DNA of 64,000 nucleotides from an uncultured Gammaproteobacteria bacterium (GTDB lineage Bacteria > Patescibacteriota > Patescibacteriia > VMEV01 > CAYQCH01): the NCBI GenBank assembly GCA_964503955.1, contig CAZDCG010000004.1:16181-80180 (forward strand), given 5' to 3'. This document shows, piece after piece, positions 38,023-47,961 of this stretch (positions are counted from its first letter, which is position 1; every line of letters begins with the position of its first letter). Under the pieces are notes generated by a model. It did not search any database. It saw nothing but the letters and a program-made list of their open reading frames with translations, and was not told where the DNA came from. A program made the position numbers and the translations under genes.

Positions 38023-38130
38023 TCTGGTGCCATTTCCAGAGGGGTCACACCTGTTCCCATCCCGAACACAGCAGTTAAGCCCTCCAGGGCCGATGGTAGT
38101 GCACAGCGCGAGAGTAGGTCGGTGCCAGGT
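38023..38130 (+). rRNA. rrf: 5S rRNA
   Basis: ctggtgc...cacctgttcccatcccgaacac...gagagtaggtcggtgccag; terminator at 38135-38166. Confidence 0.96.
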
Positions 38131-38168
38131 TATGAAAAGAGACGCGTTAATACGCGTCTTTTTTCTTT

Positions 38169-38287
38169 AGGCTCGTGATTTTACCGTACTTCTTTGTCAG
38201 CGGATGCGGTCCGCACTCGACGTACATTTCAGTACGCCTCGTTTGCGATCCTCCCGCTTCCTCGAATCACGGTAAACTTACGAGCCT
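38169..38287 (+). repeat. ~120-bp dispersed structured repeat, copy 2
   Basis: IR aggctcgt/acgagcct; cttctttgt...cgtaca-tttca-gtacg...cctcgaat. Confidence 0.6.
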
Positions 38288-38632
38288 TTTAAGAGAAGGT
38301 GTAGACTAGCGAGCATTGTTTGGATATAGAATGGGCATCCTTACTTTGGACGCATCATTGTATTCCAGTACGCTTCACTCCGGTACTCGGTTTTCCTTGA
38401 ATCTCATCGAAAGCTGAGATCTTATGGAAAAATCCTCCATCTTCCTCAAGCCCCTCGGAGCCTGCATGCCTCTTGCATATTGGATTGCTTGCGTAAAAAC
38501 CTTTGCCGCCTGTGATGTCTCCAGCGTCTGACAAGTCTGTAATGTCTCCGCCCTCGGGGCGGAAATTGTCGTCACTTTTTGCAAATGTTTTGATTGGCTC
38601 AGGTAACTTTGTTATGATACGGTTGTCTGCAT

Positions 38633-39175
38633 ATGGCTATTGGCTTTCTTACCTCAAGTGAAAAAAAATTCCGCGAGGCGCAGGCGATCATTCCATCGCT
38701 TGAACAAATACAGATCGATCTGGATGAGATTCAGCATGAAGATCCGAAATTCGTGATCAAGAAGAAGCTGGAACAGGCAAAAGCCTATGCAAGAGGGGAA
38801 TTTATCGTAGAGGATTCCGGTTTGTATCTGGAATGCCTGAATGGCTGGCCCGGGCCTTTTACCCGATGGTTTCTGTCAAAAGTTGAACACGCGCGCTTGT
38901 ACGATATTGCCGCATGTTTTAGCAATCATTACGCGGAAGCCAAAACCGTGATCGGGTATTTGGACGATCAGGGGCGTGATCATTACTTTGAAGGTTCGGT
39001 GCGAGGATTGATCGTTCAACCAAGAGGTGAATTCGGGTTTGGGTGGGATCCTATTTTTCTTCCTGAAAATGCCACAAAAACATTCGCGGAAATGTCTTTT
39101 GAAGAGAAGAATCAACTGAGTATGCGCCGCCGCGCTCTTTCTGAATTCAGAGACTTCCTCGCCAAGAAAAAATAA
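38633..39175 (+). CDS. Non-canonical purine NTP pyrophosphatase (Ham1/RdgB/ITPase)
   Basis: KFREA, VEDSGL, GWPGPF, FGWDPIF, TFAEM, KNQLSMR. Confidence 0.92.
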   Translation: MAIGFLTSSEKKFREAQAIIPSLEQIQIDLDEIQHEDPKFVIKKKLEQAKAYARGEFIVEDSGLYLECLNGWPGPFTRWFLSKVEHARLYDIAACFSNHYAEAKTVIGYLDDQGRDHYFEGSVRGLIVQPRGEFGFGWDPIFLPENATKTFAEMSFEEKNQLSMRRRALSEFRDFLAKKK

Positions 39176-39177
39176 TT

Positions 39178-40344
39178 ATGCGATCCATCGTTGATCTCTC
39201 AATGAAGGGCAAAATCGCCCTTCTTCGTTTAAATCTGAACGTTCCGTTAAAAGACGGGATGATCGTTGACGATTTTCGCATCAAAACAATCTTGCAAACG
39301 GTTGCTTATGCGGCAGGCCGCGCCAAGAAAACCGTGATCATCGCGCATCTGGGACGGCCGCAGCGGCGTGATCCGCAATGTTCGCTGATGCCGGTCGCCA
39401 GAAGAATGCAGGAGTTGCTTGGGCAGGAAGTCCGATTTCTATCTGATTGCGTCGGGCGGGAAGTGGAACACCATATTGAAGATGCGCCAGACGGAACAAT
39501 TTTTCTTCTGGAAAATCTCCGGTTTCACGAAGGAGAACGAAAAAACGACAAGGACTTCGGATGCCAGTTGGCACGGCTTGGCCATGTTTTTGTTAATGAC
39601 GCTTTTGCCGACAGCTATGAATCCTATGCCTCGGTTATCTGGCCGCCAAAACTCATGCCGGCTGCCGCAGGGTTTCGCCTGCAACAAGAGTTGGGGCATC
39701 TGAATTCGCTTCGAGACGAGCCGGAGCAGCCATTTGTCATTCTCGTCGGCGGCGCCAAAATAAAAGAAAAAATGGGGGCTTTGCGCGTGCTTGGAGAAAA
39801 AGCCGATACTCTTCTTATGGGGGGGGCAATCGCGAATACATTGTTTGCCGCTCAGGGGTATAAGATCGGCGCGTCCTTAGTCCAGCCCGAAGAACTTGAT
39901 CTGGCTAAGCAACTTATGGAGGAGTTTTCTGGGAAGATTATTCTGCCCTCTGACGTGGCGGTCGCCGAGAAGAAGGAAGGAGAGATTGTGATCAAAACAC
40001 TGAAACATTTTCAGATGCGTCATCTTGAAGAGCAGGAAGCCATTCTTGATATCGGTCCTGCGAGCGTGGCTGCTTATAAAGGGATCGTGCAAAAAGCTAA
40101 AACGATTTTTTGGGCCGGCCCCATGGGCTATATCGAAGAGGAGCAAACACGGCAGGGCTCTTATGCACTGATCGAAACTCTGTCTGTTCATTCAGGGATG
40201 GTTTTAATCGGAGGGGGGGAAACAGGTGCATTGATTGCCGATCTCGGGATGCTGGATGAGTTTGATTTCATCTCAACAGGTGGCAGTGCCGCGTTGAAGT
40301 TTTTGTCAGGGGAATCATTGCCTGGTATCGAAGCTTTAGGATGA
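39178..40344 (+). CDS. pgk: Phosphoglycerate kinase (divergent active-site motifs)
   Basis: NVP, HLGRP, LENLRF, VNDAF, GGAK, GPMG, STGG, LPGIEAL. Confidence 0.85.
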   Translation: MRSIVDLSMKGKIALLRLNLNVPLKDGMIVDDFRIKTILQTVAYAAGRAKKTVIIAHLGRPQRRDPQCSLMPVARRMQELLGQEVRFLSDCVGREVEHHIEDAPDGTIFLLENLRFHEGERKNDKDFGCQLARLGHVFVNDAFADSYESYASVIWPPKLMPAAAGFRLQQELGHLNSLRDEPEQPFVILVGGAKIKEKMGALRVLGEKADTLLMGGAIANTLFAAQGYKIGASLVQPEELDLAKQLMEEFSGKIILPSDVAVAEKKEGEIVIKTLKHFQMRHLEEQEAILDIGPASVAAYKGIVQKAKTIFWAGPMGYIEEEQTRQGSYALIETLSVHSGMVLIGGGETGALIADLGMLDEFDFISTGGSAALKFLSGESLPGIEALG

Positions 40345-40469
40345 TTGTAGAAAATATTCTTCAAAAATCTCCATTTTTTGGACCTGATCTTAGCAAAAAT
40401 CAGGTTTTTTATTTTATTTTGCAGATAAAAAGTTGACAGGATATATGGATAGGCTATGATGAGCTGAGT

Positions 40470-41231
40470 ATGGTCACGCCTGAATTATTTCTCCATGGTT
40501 TGGGGCTTTCTCCCAAAGAAGTGTCCGTCTATCTGGCCTTGCTGCGCAGGGGGCCCAGTTCAGTTCGCCAATTGTCCGAAGTTTCCGGGGTCAACCGCGG
40601 AACGACCTACGACATTCTCAAATCGCTGCAGGAACGAGGCGTTGTTTCCTTCTACGATGAATCAAAGAAAACATACTTTGTGGCAGAAGATCCTGGATCG
40701 CTCGCGCAAATGATTGATGACCGCCGCCAGGAAATTCTTCAGCTGCAGCAGCAATTGCAGGACGTTTTGCCTCAGCTTTCATCGATCGCCAAACAGGCGG
40801 CAAAATCAAAACCGGTTGCACGGTATTACCATGGAGCAAAGGCTATTCGTTCTATTCTCCTTGAGGTGCTCAGTGATGTATCGCAATTACCGAAGAAGGA
40901 ATATTTCGTCTATTCTTCTTCCGTCATTGCGCAGCATCTTTACGACGCGATCCCCGATTTCACAAAACGGCGGACACAAGCGGGCATTTTCGTCTCGGTG
41001 ATCGCCCTTGGACCGGGGGGATCGAATCATGAGCAGCTTGCCCAGCGACGCTGGCTGAGCAAAGAAGCCAGAGCTATGACCTACACCATTATTTTTGGAA
41101 GTAAAACAGCGTTCATTTCGCTTGATGACCAGGAGCAGCCGCACGGGGTGATCCTTGAAGACAGCAATGTCGCGCAGACCCAGGTTCTGCTATTTCAATC
41201 AATGTGGGAGACGCTTAATGAACATGTATGA
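40470..41231 (+). CDS. TrmB-family transcriptional regulator
   Basis: LGLSPKEVSVYLALL, SGVNRGTTYDILKSL wHTH plus effector domain; TTGACA-N16-TATGAT ending 9 nt before ATG. Confidence 0.9.
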   Translation: MVTPELFLHGLGLSPKEVSVYLALLRRGPSSVRQLSEVSGVNRGTTYDILKSLQERGVVSFYDESKKTYFVAEDPGSLAQMIDDRRQEILQLQQQLQDVLPQLSSIAKQAAKSKPVARYYHGAKAIRSILLEVLSDVSQLPKKEYFVYSSSVIAQHLYDAIPDFTKRRTQAGIFVSVIALGPGGSNHEQLAQRRWLSKEARAMTYTIIFGSKTAFISLDDQEQPHGVILEDSNVAQTQVLLFQSMWETLNEHV

Positions 41232-41980
41232 AAGTCCTCATTCTTGCTGCCGGAAAAGGAACGCGCATGAAATCTGAAATGCCAAAAGTGCTCACGCCGC
41301 TTGCCGGTAAATCGCTGATTGAGCATGTGCTTGGCGCGGTGAAATCGAGCGGCCTTGATCCCAAGCCAACGATCATTGTTGGCCATGGAGCGGATCAGGT
41401 AAAAGCCCATTTGAAGGATCATGATGTTCATTTTGTGGAACAGCATCAGCAGCTTGGGACCGGACATGCGGTTGCCGTTTGCGAGCACGCGGTTGATCCT
41501 AATGAAGATGTCATCATTGTCTACGGAGATCATCCCGCAGTCAGGCCTTCTACCTTGAAGCGACTGGCGGAAATGCTGCAATACAGCCGCGGTCCGATTG
41601 CCATGGTTACCTATCGTATTCCGCATTTTGGCATCCATGAAGGCCAATTCAGCCGCTATGGCCGCATTCTGCGCGACGAGGACGAGAATATCTGCGCGAT
41701 CCGCGAAGCCAAAGACGCGTCGGATACGGAGCTTGACGTGAAAGAAATCAATCCGGGCTACTACGCGTTTCACGGGCCTTGGCTTTGGCAGAATATCAAG
41801 CGCCTTTCAAAGGCAAACGCTCAGGGCGAATATTATCTGACGGAATTAATTGAGCTTGCGATTAAGCAGGGAGAAATTCTTGATACCATGATCGGCGATG
41901 ACCTCGTCGAAGCGATGGGGGTCAATACTCCTGAACAGCTGGCCATGGTCGAAAAGCTTCTTAAACGGAATTCTCCATAA
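41228..41980 (+). CDS. Stand-alone GlmU N-terminal (GlcNAc-1-P uridyltransferase) domain
   Basis: ILAAGKGTRMKS..PKVL, QQLGTGHAV, YGD, YGRI, EIN.G.Y, NAQGEYYLT, GVNT; stops at 250 aa with no beta-helix. Confidence 0.9.
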   Translation: MKVLILAAGKGTRMKSEMPKVLTPLAGKSLIEHVLGAVKSSGLDPKPTIIVGHGADQVKAHLKDHDVHFVEQHQQLGTGHAVAVCEHAVDPNEDVIIVYGDHPAVRPSTLKRLAEMLQYSRGPIAMVTYRIPHFGIHEGQFSRYGRILRDEDENICAIREAKDASDTELDVKEINPGYYAFHGPWLWQNIKRLSKANAQGEYYLTELIELAIKQGEILDTMIGDDLVEAMGVNTPEQLAMVEKLLKRNSP

Positions 41981-42002
41981 TTTCTCATCTCGTCTAAGCT
42001 TT

Positions 42003-42626
42003 ATGCGAATTATTCTCGACTTTGATCATACCCTCTTTGACATGCAGCGCATGCATCAGGAGCTTATTAGCGCGCTGGAGCGGATCGGCATCCCTGAAAA
42101 GATGTACAAAGAGGCCTATAGCCTTGAAACGCACTGGAAAGTGTTTACCGTGCAGGGATTTGCGAATCGACTGGCTTCTAAATCAGGCATCGCTCAGGAA
42201 ATCATTGAAAAAACGTTGTGGGATGTTGCCAAATCGAGCGGTCACTGCCTCTACCCGGATGTGATGGAGGTCTGCAGGGAACTCAAATCAGTCGGTCATA
42301 CGCTCATTCTTTTATCCTGGGGCGATGAAGATTGGCAGGGAGCAAAAATCGAGCAATCAGGCGTCCGTTCTTTTTTTGATGAAATTGTCACGATTACGGA
42401 TTTGAAAGCGGATTACCTAAAAGGGCGAGGCAATGGCAGGCCGGTTGTCCTGGTGGATGACAAGCCGGCTGAACTGAAATCCGTTCAGGAGGCAAGACCC
42501 GATATTCAGCTTGTCCGTATGCGAAGGCCCAATGCCAAATATTCTGATACGCCAACGCCGGACGGCATGACGGAAGTAACTTCCATGAGGGAATTGCAAG
42601 CTCATCTTCGAAATTCATCTTCATAG
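42003..42626 (+). CDS. HAD-superfamily hydrolase
   Basis: IILDFDHTLFD, LLSWG, VLVDDK. Confidence 0.85.
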   Translation: MRIILDFDHTLFDMQRMHQELISALERIGIPEKMYKEAYSLETHWKVFTVQGFANRLASKSGIAQEIIEKTLWDVAKSSGHCLYPDVMEVCRELKSVGHTLILLSWGDEDWQGAKIEQSGVRSFFDEIVTITDLKADYLKGRGNGRPVVLVDDKPAELKSVQEARPDIQLVRMRRPNAKYSDTPTPDGMTEVTSMRELQAHLRNSSS

Positions 42627-42629
42627 CGT

Positions 42630-44396
42630 ATGTGTGGGATTATCGCCTATAAAGGGAATCGCAATGCGGTTCCTATGCTTCTTGAGGGATTGCAGCATCT
42701 TGAATACCGAGGGTATGACTCCTGGGGGATCGCGGTATCTTCAAGTCCCGTGCGCGTGATCAAGCGCGTGGGAAAAGTGGGCGATATTTCCTTAGAGCAG
42801 GTTTTGTCGCTTGGCGAACATGCGCTGGGCATTGGCCATTCCCGCTGGGCCACGACTGGATCCGTAACGGAAGAGAATGCGCATCCGCATCTCAGCAATA
42901 ATGGGCGGTACGCGCTTGTGCACAATGGCATCGTAGAGAATTTTCAGGAATTGAAAGAAGAATTGTTGGGAGAACAATATTCGTTTACTTCAGAAACAGA
43001 CTCCGAAGTGATCGCAAACTTGATTCAGCGATACGCTTCTGAAATGGAATTTTTACCCGCGGTGCAAAAAGCCTTTTTACGGCTTGAAGGAAGAAACGCG
43101 ATTGTTGTGATTGATAAGGATCTACACCGTTTAGTTGGCGTGCGATTCGGATCTCCATTGATTGTGGGAATCGGAAATGATGAATGCTTCATTGCGTCAG
43201 ATGTTCCGGCCTTCCTTGCGCATACAAGAGAGGTGAATTATCTCGATGATTATCAAATGGTAGTGGTGGATGACGCCCCTCGTTACTATGATGTGAGAAC
43301 GCTGCTGCCGGTTGAGCGCCGAACCGTGACCATTGATTGGAACGCGGAGCAAGCGGAGAAAGGCGATTATCCTCATTTCATGATCAAAGAAATTCATGAG
43401 CAGCGTGAGACAATCCGGCGCGCAATCGAACAGGATGAGGAAGAGATCATGAAGGCGGTGCAAATGATCAAAGATTCCCGCGGAGCATTTCTTTCTGGTT
43501 GCGGCACGGCGGGCAAGGTATGCCATATTGGCGAATACTTTTTTAACGCCATCGCGCGCCGGCATACCAATTTTGTGATCGCGTCGGAATTCAGCAACTA
43601 CACCCCATTTTTGAACGAAAAAAGTTTATTGATGGTCGTTTCTCAAAGCGGCGAAACCGCAGACGTTCTCGAGGCCATCGAACAGGCAAAGGCAAAGGGA
43701 GTGAATATTCTTTCGCTGGTGAATGTGCGAGGCTCATCCATTATGCGCGCCTCCGACCTGTCTCTTTTAGTTAATGCGGGACCTGAGCAGGCGGTTGCGT
43801 CTACAAAGGCAACGACGGCCCAGATGTCGCTGCTCGCCTTGCTGGCATACGCGGTGAATGGACGACTGAAGGAAGGCAAGCTGCGTCTTACCGAGCTGGT
43901 TGGTCAGATCAACGAATGGTTGAACCCGCGCTATGAAGAGCATATTCAGAAACTGGCTGAACGGTTGCAAAACGAAACCGATATGTATTTTATCGGTCGT
44001 GGCGTGAACTATCCGCTGGCTTTGGAGTGCGCGATCAAGGTGCAGGAAGTCAGCTATATTCACGGCGAAGGTTTTGCGGGCGGTGAACTGAAGCATGGCC
44101 CTTTGGCGCTGATTAAAGAAGGAACACCGGTTGTTGCTTTAGTCGCTGATGATGGCAACAAGGCAGCGATTCTTTCAAATGCGCAGGAAGTAAAATCCCG
44201 CGGAGGGTATATCATTGGTGTTTCACCGACCAATGAGCCGGTCTTTGATTACTGGTTGCGCGTGCCCAATGAAGACGTGCTTTCACCGATTGTGAATATC
44301 ATCCCCGTGCAAATGCTGGCCTATCATCTGGGCGTTCTGCGGGGTAATAATCCTGATAAACCTAGAAACTTGGCAAAGAGTGTGACGGTGAAGTAG
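42630..44396 (+). CDS. glmS: Glutamine--fructose-6-phosphate aminotransferase
   Basis: MCGI, LEYRGYDS, GHSRWAT, SQSGETAD, ELKHGP, PRNLAKSVTV. Confidence 0.98.
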   Translation: MCGIIAYKGNRNAVPMLLEGLQHLEYRGYDSWGIAVSSSPVRVIKRVGKVGDISLEQVLSLGEHALGIGHSRWATTGSVTEENAHPHLSNNGRYALVHNGIVENFQELKEELLGEQYSFTSETDSEVIANLIQRYASEMEFLPAVQKAFLRLEGRNAIVVIDKDLHRLVGVRFGSPLIVGIGNDECFIASDVPAFLAHTREVNYLDDYQMVVVDDAPRYYDVRTLLPVERRTVTIDWNAEQAEKGDYPHFMIKEIHEQRETIRRAIEQDEEEIMKAVQMIKDSRGAFLSGCGTAGKVCHIGEYFFNAIARRHTNFVIASEFSNYTPFLNEKSLLMVVSQSGETADVLEAIEQAKAKGVNILSLVNVRGSSIMRASDLSLLVNAGPEQAVASTKATTAQMSLLALLAYAVNGRLKEGKLRLTELVGQINEWLNPRYEEHIQKLAERLQNETDMYFIGRGVNYPLALECAIKVQEVSYIHGEGFAGGELKHGPLALIKEGTPVVALVADDGNKAAILSNAQEVKSRGGYIIGVSPTNEPVFDYWLRVPNEDVLSPIVNIIPVQMLAYHLGVLRGNNPDKPRNLAKSVTVK

Positions 44397-44413
44397 ATGA
44401 GATTAATTATCGC

Positions 44414-44495
44414 CCACCCCTCGCCCCTCCTAAGCACGGAGGGGTGATTTGTAAGGATAAAACCTTCCCTTCCATTTAGGAGAGGCGAGGGGTGG
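44414..44495. repeat. REP/MITE-like element with 20-bp terminal inverted repeats
   Basis: ccacccctcgcccctcctaa ... ttaggagaggcgaggggtgg (1 mismatch). Confidence 0.7.
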
Positions 44496-44751
44496 TATTT
44501 TGAGAAATCAATAATGTTGATCATCATGAGCATCTTTACGACTCACCATCTCACGAGAGAAGATCCCTGGGCTGGCGCTCGGGCTTACGAGGATGGGGCC
44601 GGGGATGTAGACGCGACCTAAAATCGCGGCATCCTCGGCGAACATCAATCTTTCAAACCACCCGTTCGGGTGTTTTTTGACTTGCCGGTTATCTTGACAA
44701 ATATCCCTTTTTATGTCAGGGTGATTCTAAATCCAAATCAGGAGAACTTCA

Positions 44752-45294
44752 ATGGATGCAGGATTGCGTGACCTCGAGCGTGATGCGCTGAGCAACGGCG
44801 ATCCTCATGCCGAGGCTCGCCTGCTAAGGGAAAAAATTCGTTCCGGAGAGCTCAACCCTCACCTCGTGATGGCTGTTGCCTCCCTCGAGCATCCGGCCGC
44901 TTGCCTGGTCTATCCTGATCAGGCTCTGGGAGCTCACCCCTTCTCGGTGTCGCTGGTTGAAGCGGGGCGGCTGCATGTGGTGCGCGTCTTGTTCGCTGTT
45001 ACCATTAAGCTGCAGACGCAAGATGAACAGGAACGAGCTCTGATTAACGCTGTCTCTCATTGGCTTGCCTGTCCTTGTCGTGAGCACAAGCATGCCGTTG
45101 CCATGGCAAACCTTACGACGCCTAAGCACCCGGCGGGCGGATACTTCGTTCATTCGCTGGGTAGCTCAGTGACAAGGCTTCGCGACAAGCGTCTCAGAGC
45201 TGCTATCGCTTCCCACTGCTTCGTTTACGCTGGACTCAGCATGCCTCAAGGTCTTGTCCGGCAGACAGCATTGGATGCGATCCTGACAACCTAA
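44752..45294 (+). CDS. Hypothetical protein (180 aa), SD-led orphan
   Basis: AGGAG upstream; TTGACA at 44694; helical N-terminus LRDLER; contains CPCxxH. Confidence 0.7.
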   Translation: MDAGLRDLERDALSNGDPHAEARLLREKIRSGELNPHLVMAVASLEHPAACLVYPDQALGAHPFSVSLVEAGRLHVVRVLFAVTIKLQTQDEQERALINAVSHWLACPCREHKHAVAMANLTTPKHPAGGYFVHSLGSSVTRLRDKRLRAAIASHCFVYAGLSMPQGLVRQTALDAILTT

Positions 45295-45605
45295 CAAGCC
45301 CGGTAGAGTCGATGAGGGATACAACCGGGTGTAGATCCCTCCGCTGTTCACCAAGTGGGAACCGTGATGAGCAGCGAGTCGAGTGTTCCTGTACCCTTCG
45401 GGGTTCTATCATAGCCTGGCATTCTTTCGCTTTCGGGCGAAGGTCAACCGCGGGCACTTCTGCTTGACCTCACAGGTACAGTTTCAGGGCGCGGGTCGTG
45501 AGACCTTCGCCCATCGAGCCACTTCTTTCGGGAGGTGGCTCGTTCTTTTTAACAAGTTTTTTATTGTTGGCGATGATAACCCATTCCTGCTAAACTGATC
45601 TTCCT

Positions 45606-46583
45606 ATGGAACAGAAAAAGATCGTTTTTTTAGGCGGAGGGGGAGGAGCAACCAATATCCTTCCCGGTTTGCGCGATGACTTTGATGTCACTGCCATTGT
45701 AACCACTTTTGATGACGGGGGAAGTTATGGATATCTTCGCCGCGATTATAAATCGCCATTAAGCGGAGATATCCGACGGGCTTTGGCGGCGCTCTCAACC
45801 AATGATCTTAAAGCAAGCGCAGAATTCCGTTTTCCTGAAGGCGGGTTGAAAGGGCATACCCTTGGCAATCTGCTCTTAGCATCCGAGTGGATACGGCATG
45901 AAGATGCTGAGGTGGCGATGGAATCGCTGCACCGGATTTTTGCCGTTAAAGGAAATGTGCTTGGCGTGTCCTATCAGCTGGCTGAATTGACGGCTGAGTT
46001 GATGGATCGAACCATTATCCGTGGCGAGGGAAAAATCGACGAACCGCATGCAAAATCGCATATCCGCATTCAGCGCGTTTGGCTTGATCCGGATCCAAAA
46101 CCCGCGCGAGGAGTGCTTGAAGCGATCGCGCAGGCCGATCTGATTATCATGGGGCCGGGCGATATTTATACAAGCATTATTCCTTGTCTGCTTGTTGAAG
46201 GCATTGCGCAAGCTATTCAGGCAAGCAAGGCAAAAACCATTTATTTTTGTAATCGCTTTACCAAGCATGGTCAGACAAATGGCTTTACAGCCGGCGATCA
46301 TTTGCTCGCGATCGAACAATATCTGCAAAAACGGCTCGATCTGGTTGTTCTTGAAATCTCGGAATTGCCAGAAGAGCTGATTGCTTTTCATGAAACACAA
46401 CTGGAAAAGCCTGTTTTATACGACATTGAACGGCTTCAGGCCGCGGGTTATGATATCAGGGAGGCGAAGCTGTTGGACGGCATAATCCATGAAAAAGCTG
46501 ATTCAGACCCGTTGAAAAGAAGCAAGATACGATATAAACCGGAGCTGGTAAGAGATGTGGTAGATCAGATTTCTGAACGCTGA
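45606..46583 (+). CDS. yvcK: YvcK/GlmR (CofD-like) UDP-GlcNAc-binding protein
   Basis: LGGGGG, TTFDDGGSYG, GDIRRAL, GHTLGNL, GEGKID, GPGDIYTSIIP. Confidence 0.9.
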   Translation: MEQKKIVFLGGGGGATNILPGLRDDFDVTAIVTTFDDGGSYGYLRRDYKSPLSGDIRRALAALSTNDLKASAEFRFPEGGLKGHTLGNLLLASEWIRHEDAEVAMESLHRIFAVKGNVLGVSYQLAELTAELMDRTIIRGEGKIDEPHAKSHIRIQRVWLDPDPKPARGVLEAIAQADLIIMGPGDIYTSIIPCLLVEGIAQAIQASKAKTIYFCNRFTKHGQTNGFTAGDHLLAIEQYLQKRLDLVVLEISELPEELIAFHETQLEKPVLYDIERLQAAGYDIREAKLLDGIIHEKADSDPLKRSKIRYKPELVRDVVDQISER

Positions 46584-46682
46584 ATACTGAATGCCGACAC
46601 GCTGCCGCTGAGCGCTCAGTAATCAGCGGCCAGCCATGAAATTTCGTCTGTGTTCTGAGAAGTCTATGATGTCTGTGTGTCT

Positions 46683-47903
46683 ATGTATTTAACCGAGGGC
46701 GAAGGAAAAACCTTATTCAAGGAGGCTGGTATACCCGTACCAGACTTTTTCTTTCATGAGAAAGGCGCAACGCTTCCTTCTCATGTCGCGTATCCGGCAA
46801 TGCTCAAAGCGCAGACGTTGAGCGGGTCGAGGGGGAAAGCTGGGCTCATTAAAGAAGCTGCCGACGCGCATGAAGCAGAAGCGATCCTTACAAAAATGTG
46901 GAAACAGCAAAGCCCGCGGCGATATTTTGAATCAATCCTGATTGAACCTCGTCTTCAGGCAAAAAGAGAATTCTATCTTAGTGTCACCTATGACACACTG
47001 TTGCGAAAGCCCATGCTAATGCTCAGCAAATTCGGAGGGATGGATATTGAGCTGGTGGCTAAACGGCAGCCAGATGCGGTTGTACAGATGGAACTCAGTT
47101 TGCTCCATCCGATCTCGCAACAGGAACTGGAACAAACATTTGTAAAAGCCGAGGTCCGCCCGGAACTGTTTCCATCGCTGTCAGAGATTGTTCACCATTT
47201 GTACCGGCTCTTTTTGCAATATGACTGCGAGCTGGCTGAAATCAATCCGTTGATAGAAACTGAGAATGGCTTTATGGCGGTCGACGCAAAGATCATTTTG
47301 GATGATACTGCTCTTTATCGGCACGAGCTCCCGTTTCCAAGACGAATGGGCGGTCGTCCACTTACGACAATGGAAGAACAAGCCCGAGCCATCGATGGAC
47401 GTTCACACCGCGGTGTAGTTGGAAGAACCTTTATCGAGCTTGATGGTAATATTGCCGTTCTTTCTTCCGGCGGGGGAGCCAGCGTTACTTGTCTGGATGC
47501 CTTAATCCATTACGGAGGCCGCCCCGCCAACTTTGCGGAGTATAGCGGGAATCCTGAGCGCGAAGATGTGCGCGATCTCACCAAACTCTTGCTTTCCAAA
47601 GAGGGGCTGGCCGGATTATGGGTGGTTGGTCCCACTGCCAATTTCACCGATGTACACGAAACAATTGGCGGGATTATCGATGCGCTCAAAGAAGTGAAGC
47701 CGAGCTTCCCGGTTGTCATCCGCCGCGCCGGCCCTAATGACGAAAAAGCCCGCGAACTGGTTGAGCATGTCAAAAAGGAAACCGGGCTTGATATCACTTT
47801 TTATGGTGAAGAAATTCCGATGACCGAGACCGCGAAGATTCTGTTGGAAAAATGCGATCCCAACCGAAGTGCCAGCGGAGCGGAGGCAGAGCATTTGTCG
47901 TAA
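46683..47903 (+). CDS. ATP-grasp subunit, ATP-citrate lyase beta / citryl-CoA synthetase large-subunit type
   Basis: KAQ...RGKAG, REFYLS, EINPL, AVDAK; ACL-type SGGGAS, ANFAEYSGNP, ANFTDV, RRAGPN rather than SucC NGAGL/NFLDVGG. Confidence 0.8.
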   Translation: MYLTEGEGKTLFKEAGIPVPDFFFHEKGATLPSHVAYPAMLKAQTLSGSRGKAGLIKEAADAHEAEAILTKMWKQQSPRRYFESILIEPRLQAKREFYLSVTYDTLLRKPMLMLSKFGGMDIELVAKRQPDAVVQMELSLLHPISQQELEQTFVKAEVRPELFPSLSEIVHHLYRLFLQYDCELAEINPLIETENGFMAVDAKIILDDTALYRHELPFPRRMGGRPLTTMEEQARAIDGRSHRGVVGRTFIELDGNIAVLSSGGGASVTCLDALIHYGGRPANFAEYSGNPEREDVRDLTKLLLSKEGLAGLWVVGPTANFTDVHETIGGIIDALKEVKPSFPVVIRRAGPNDEKARELVEHVKKETGLDITFYGEEIPMTETAKILLEKCDPNRSASGAEAEHLS

Positions 47904-47961
47904 CTCGGTTTTATCTTAGGATGAGATCCATCCTGTCGGCGCTTGGGATGACGAAACTACT

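Noticed and set aside
38375-38584. 69-aa minus-strand ORF before the Ham1 gene
   Set aside because: TTG start, no motif, overlaps probable promoter DNA; unsupported.
42590-42630. glmS ribozyme
   Set aside because: glmS starts 3 nt after the HAD stop codon; no room for a leader.
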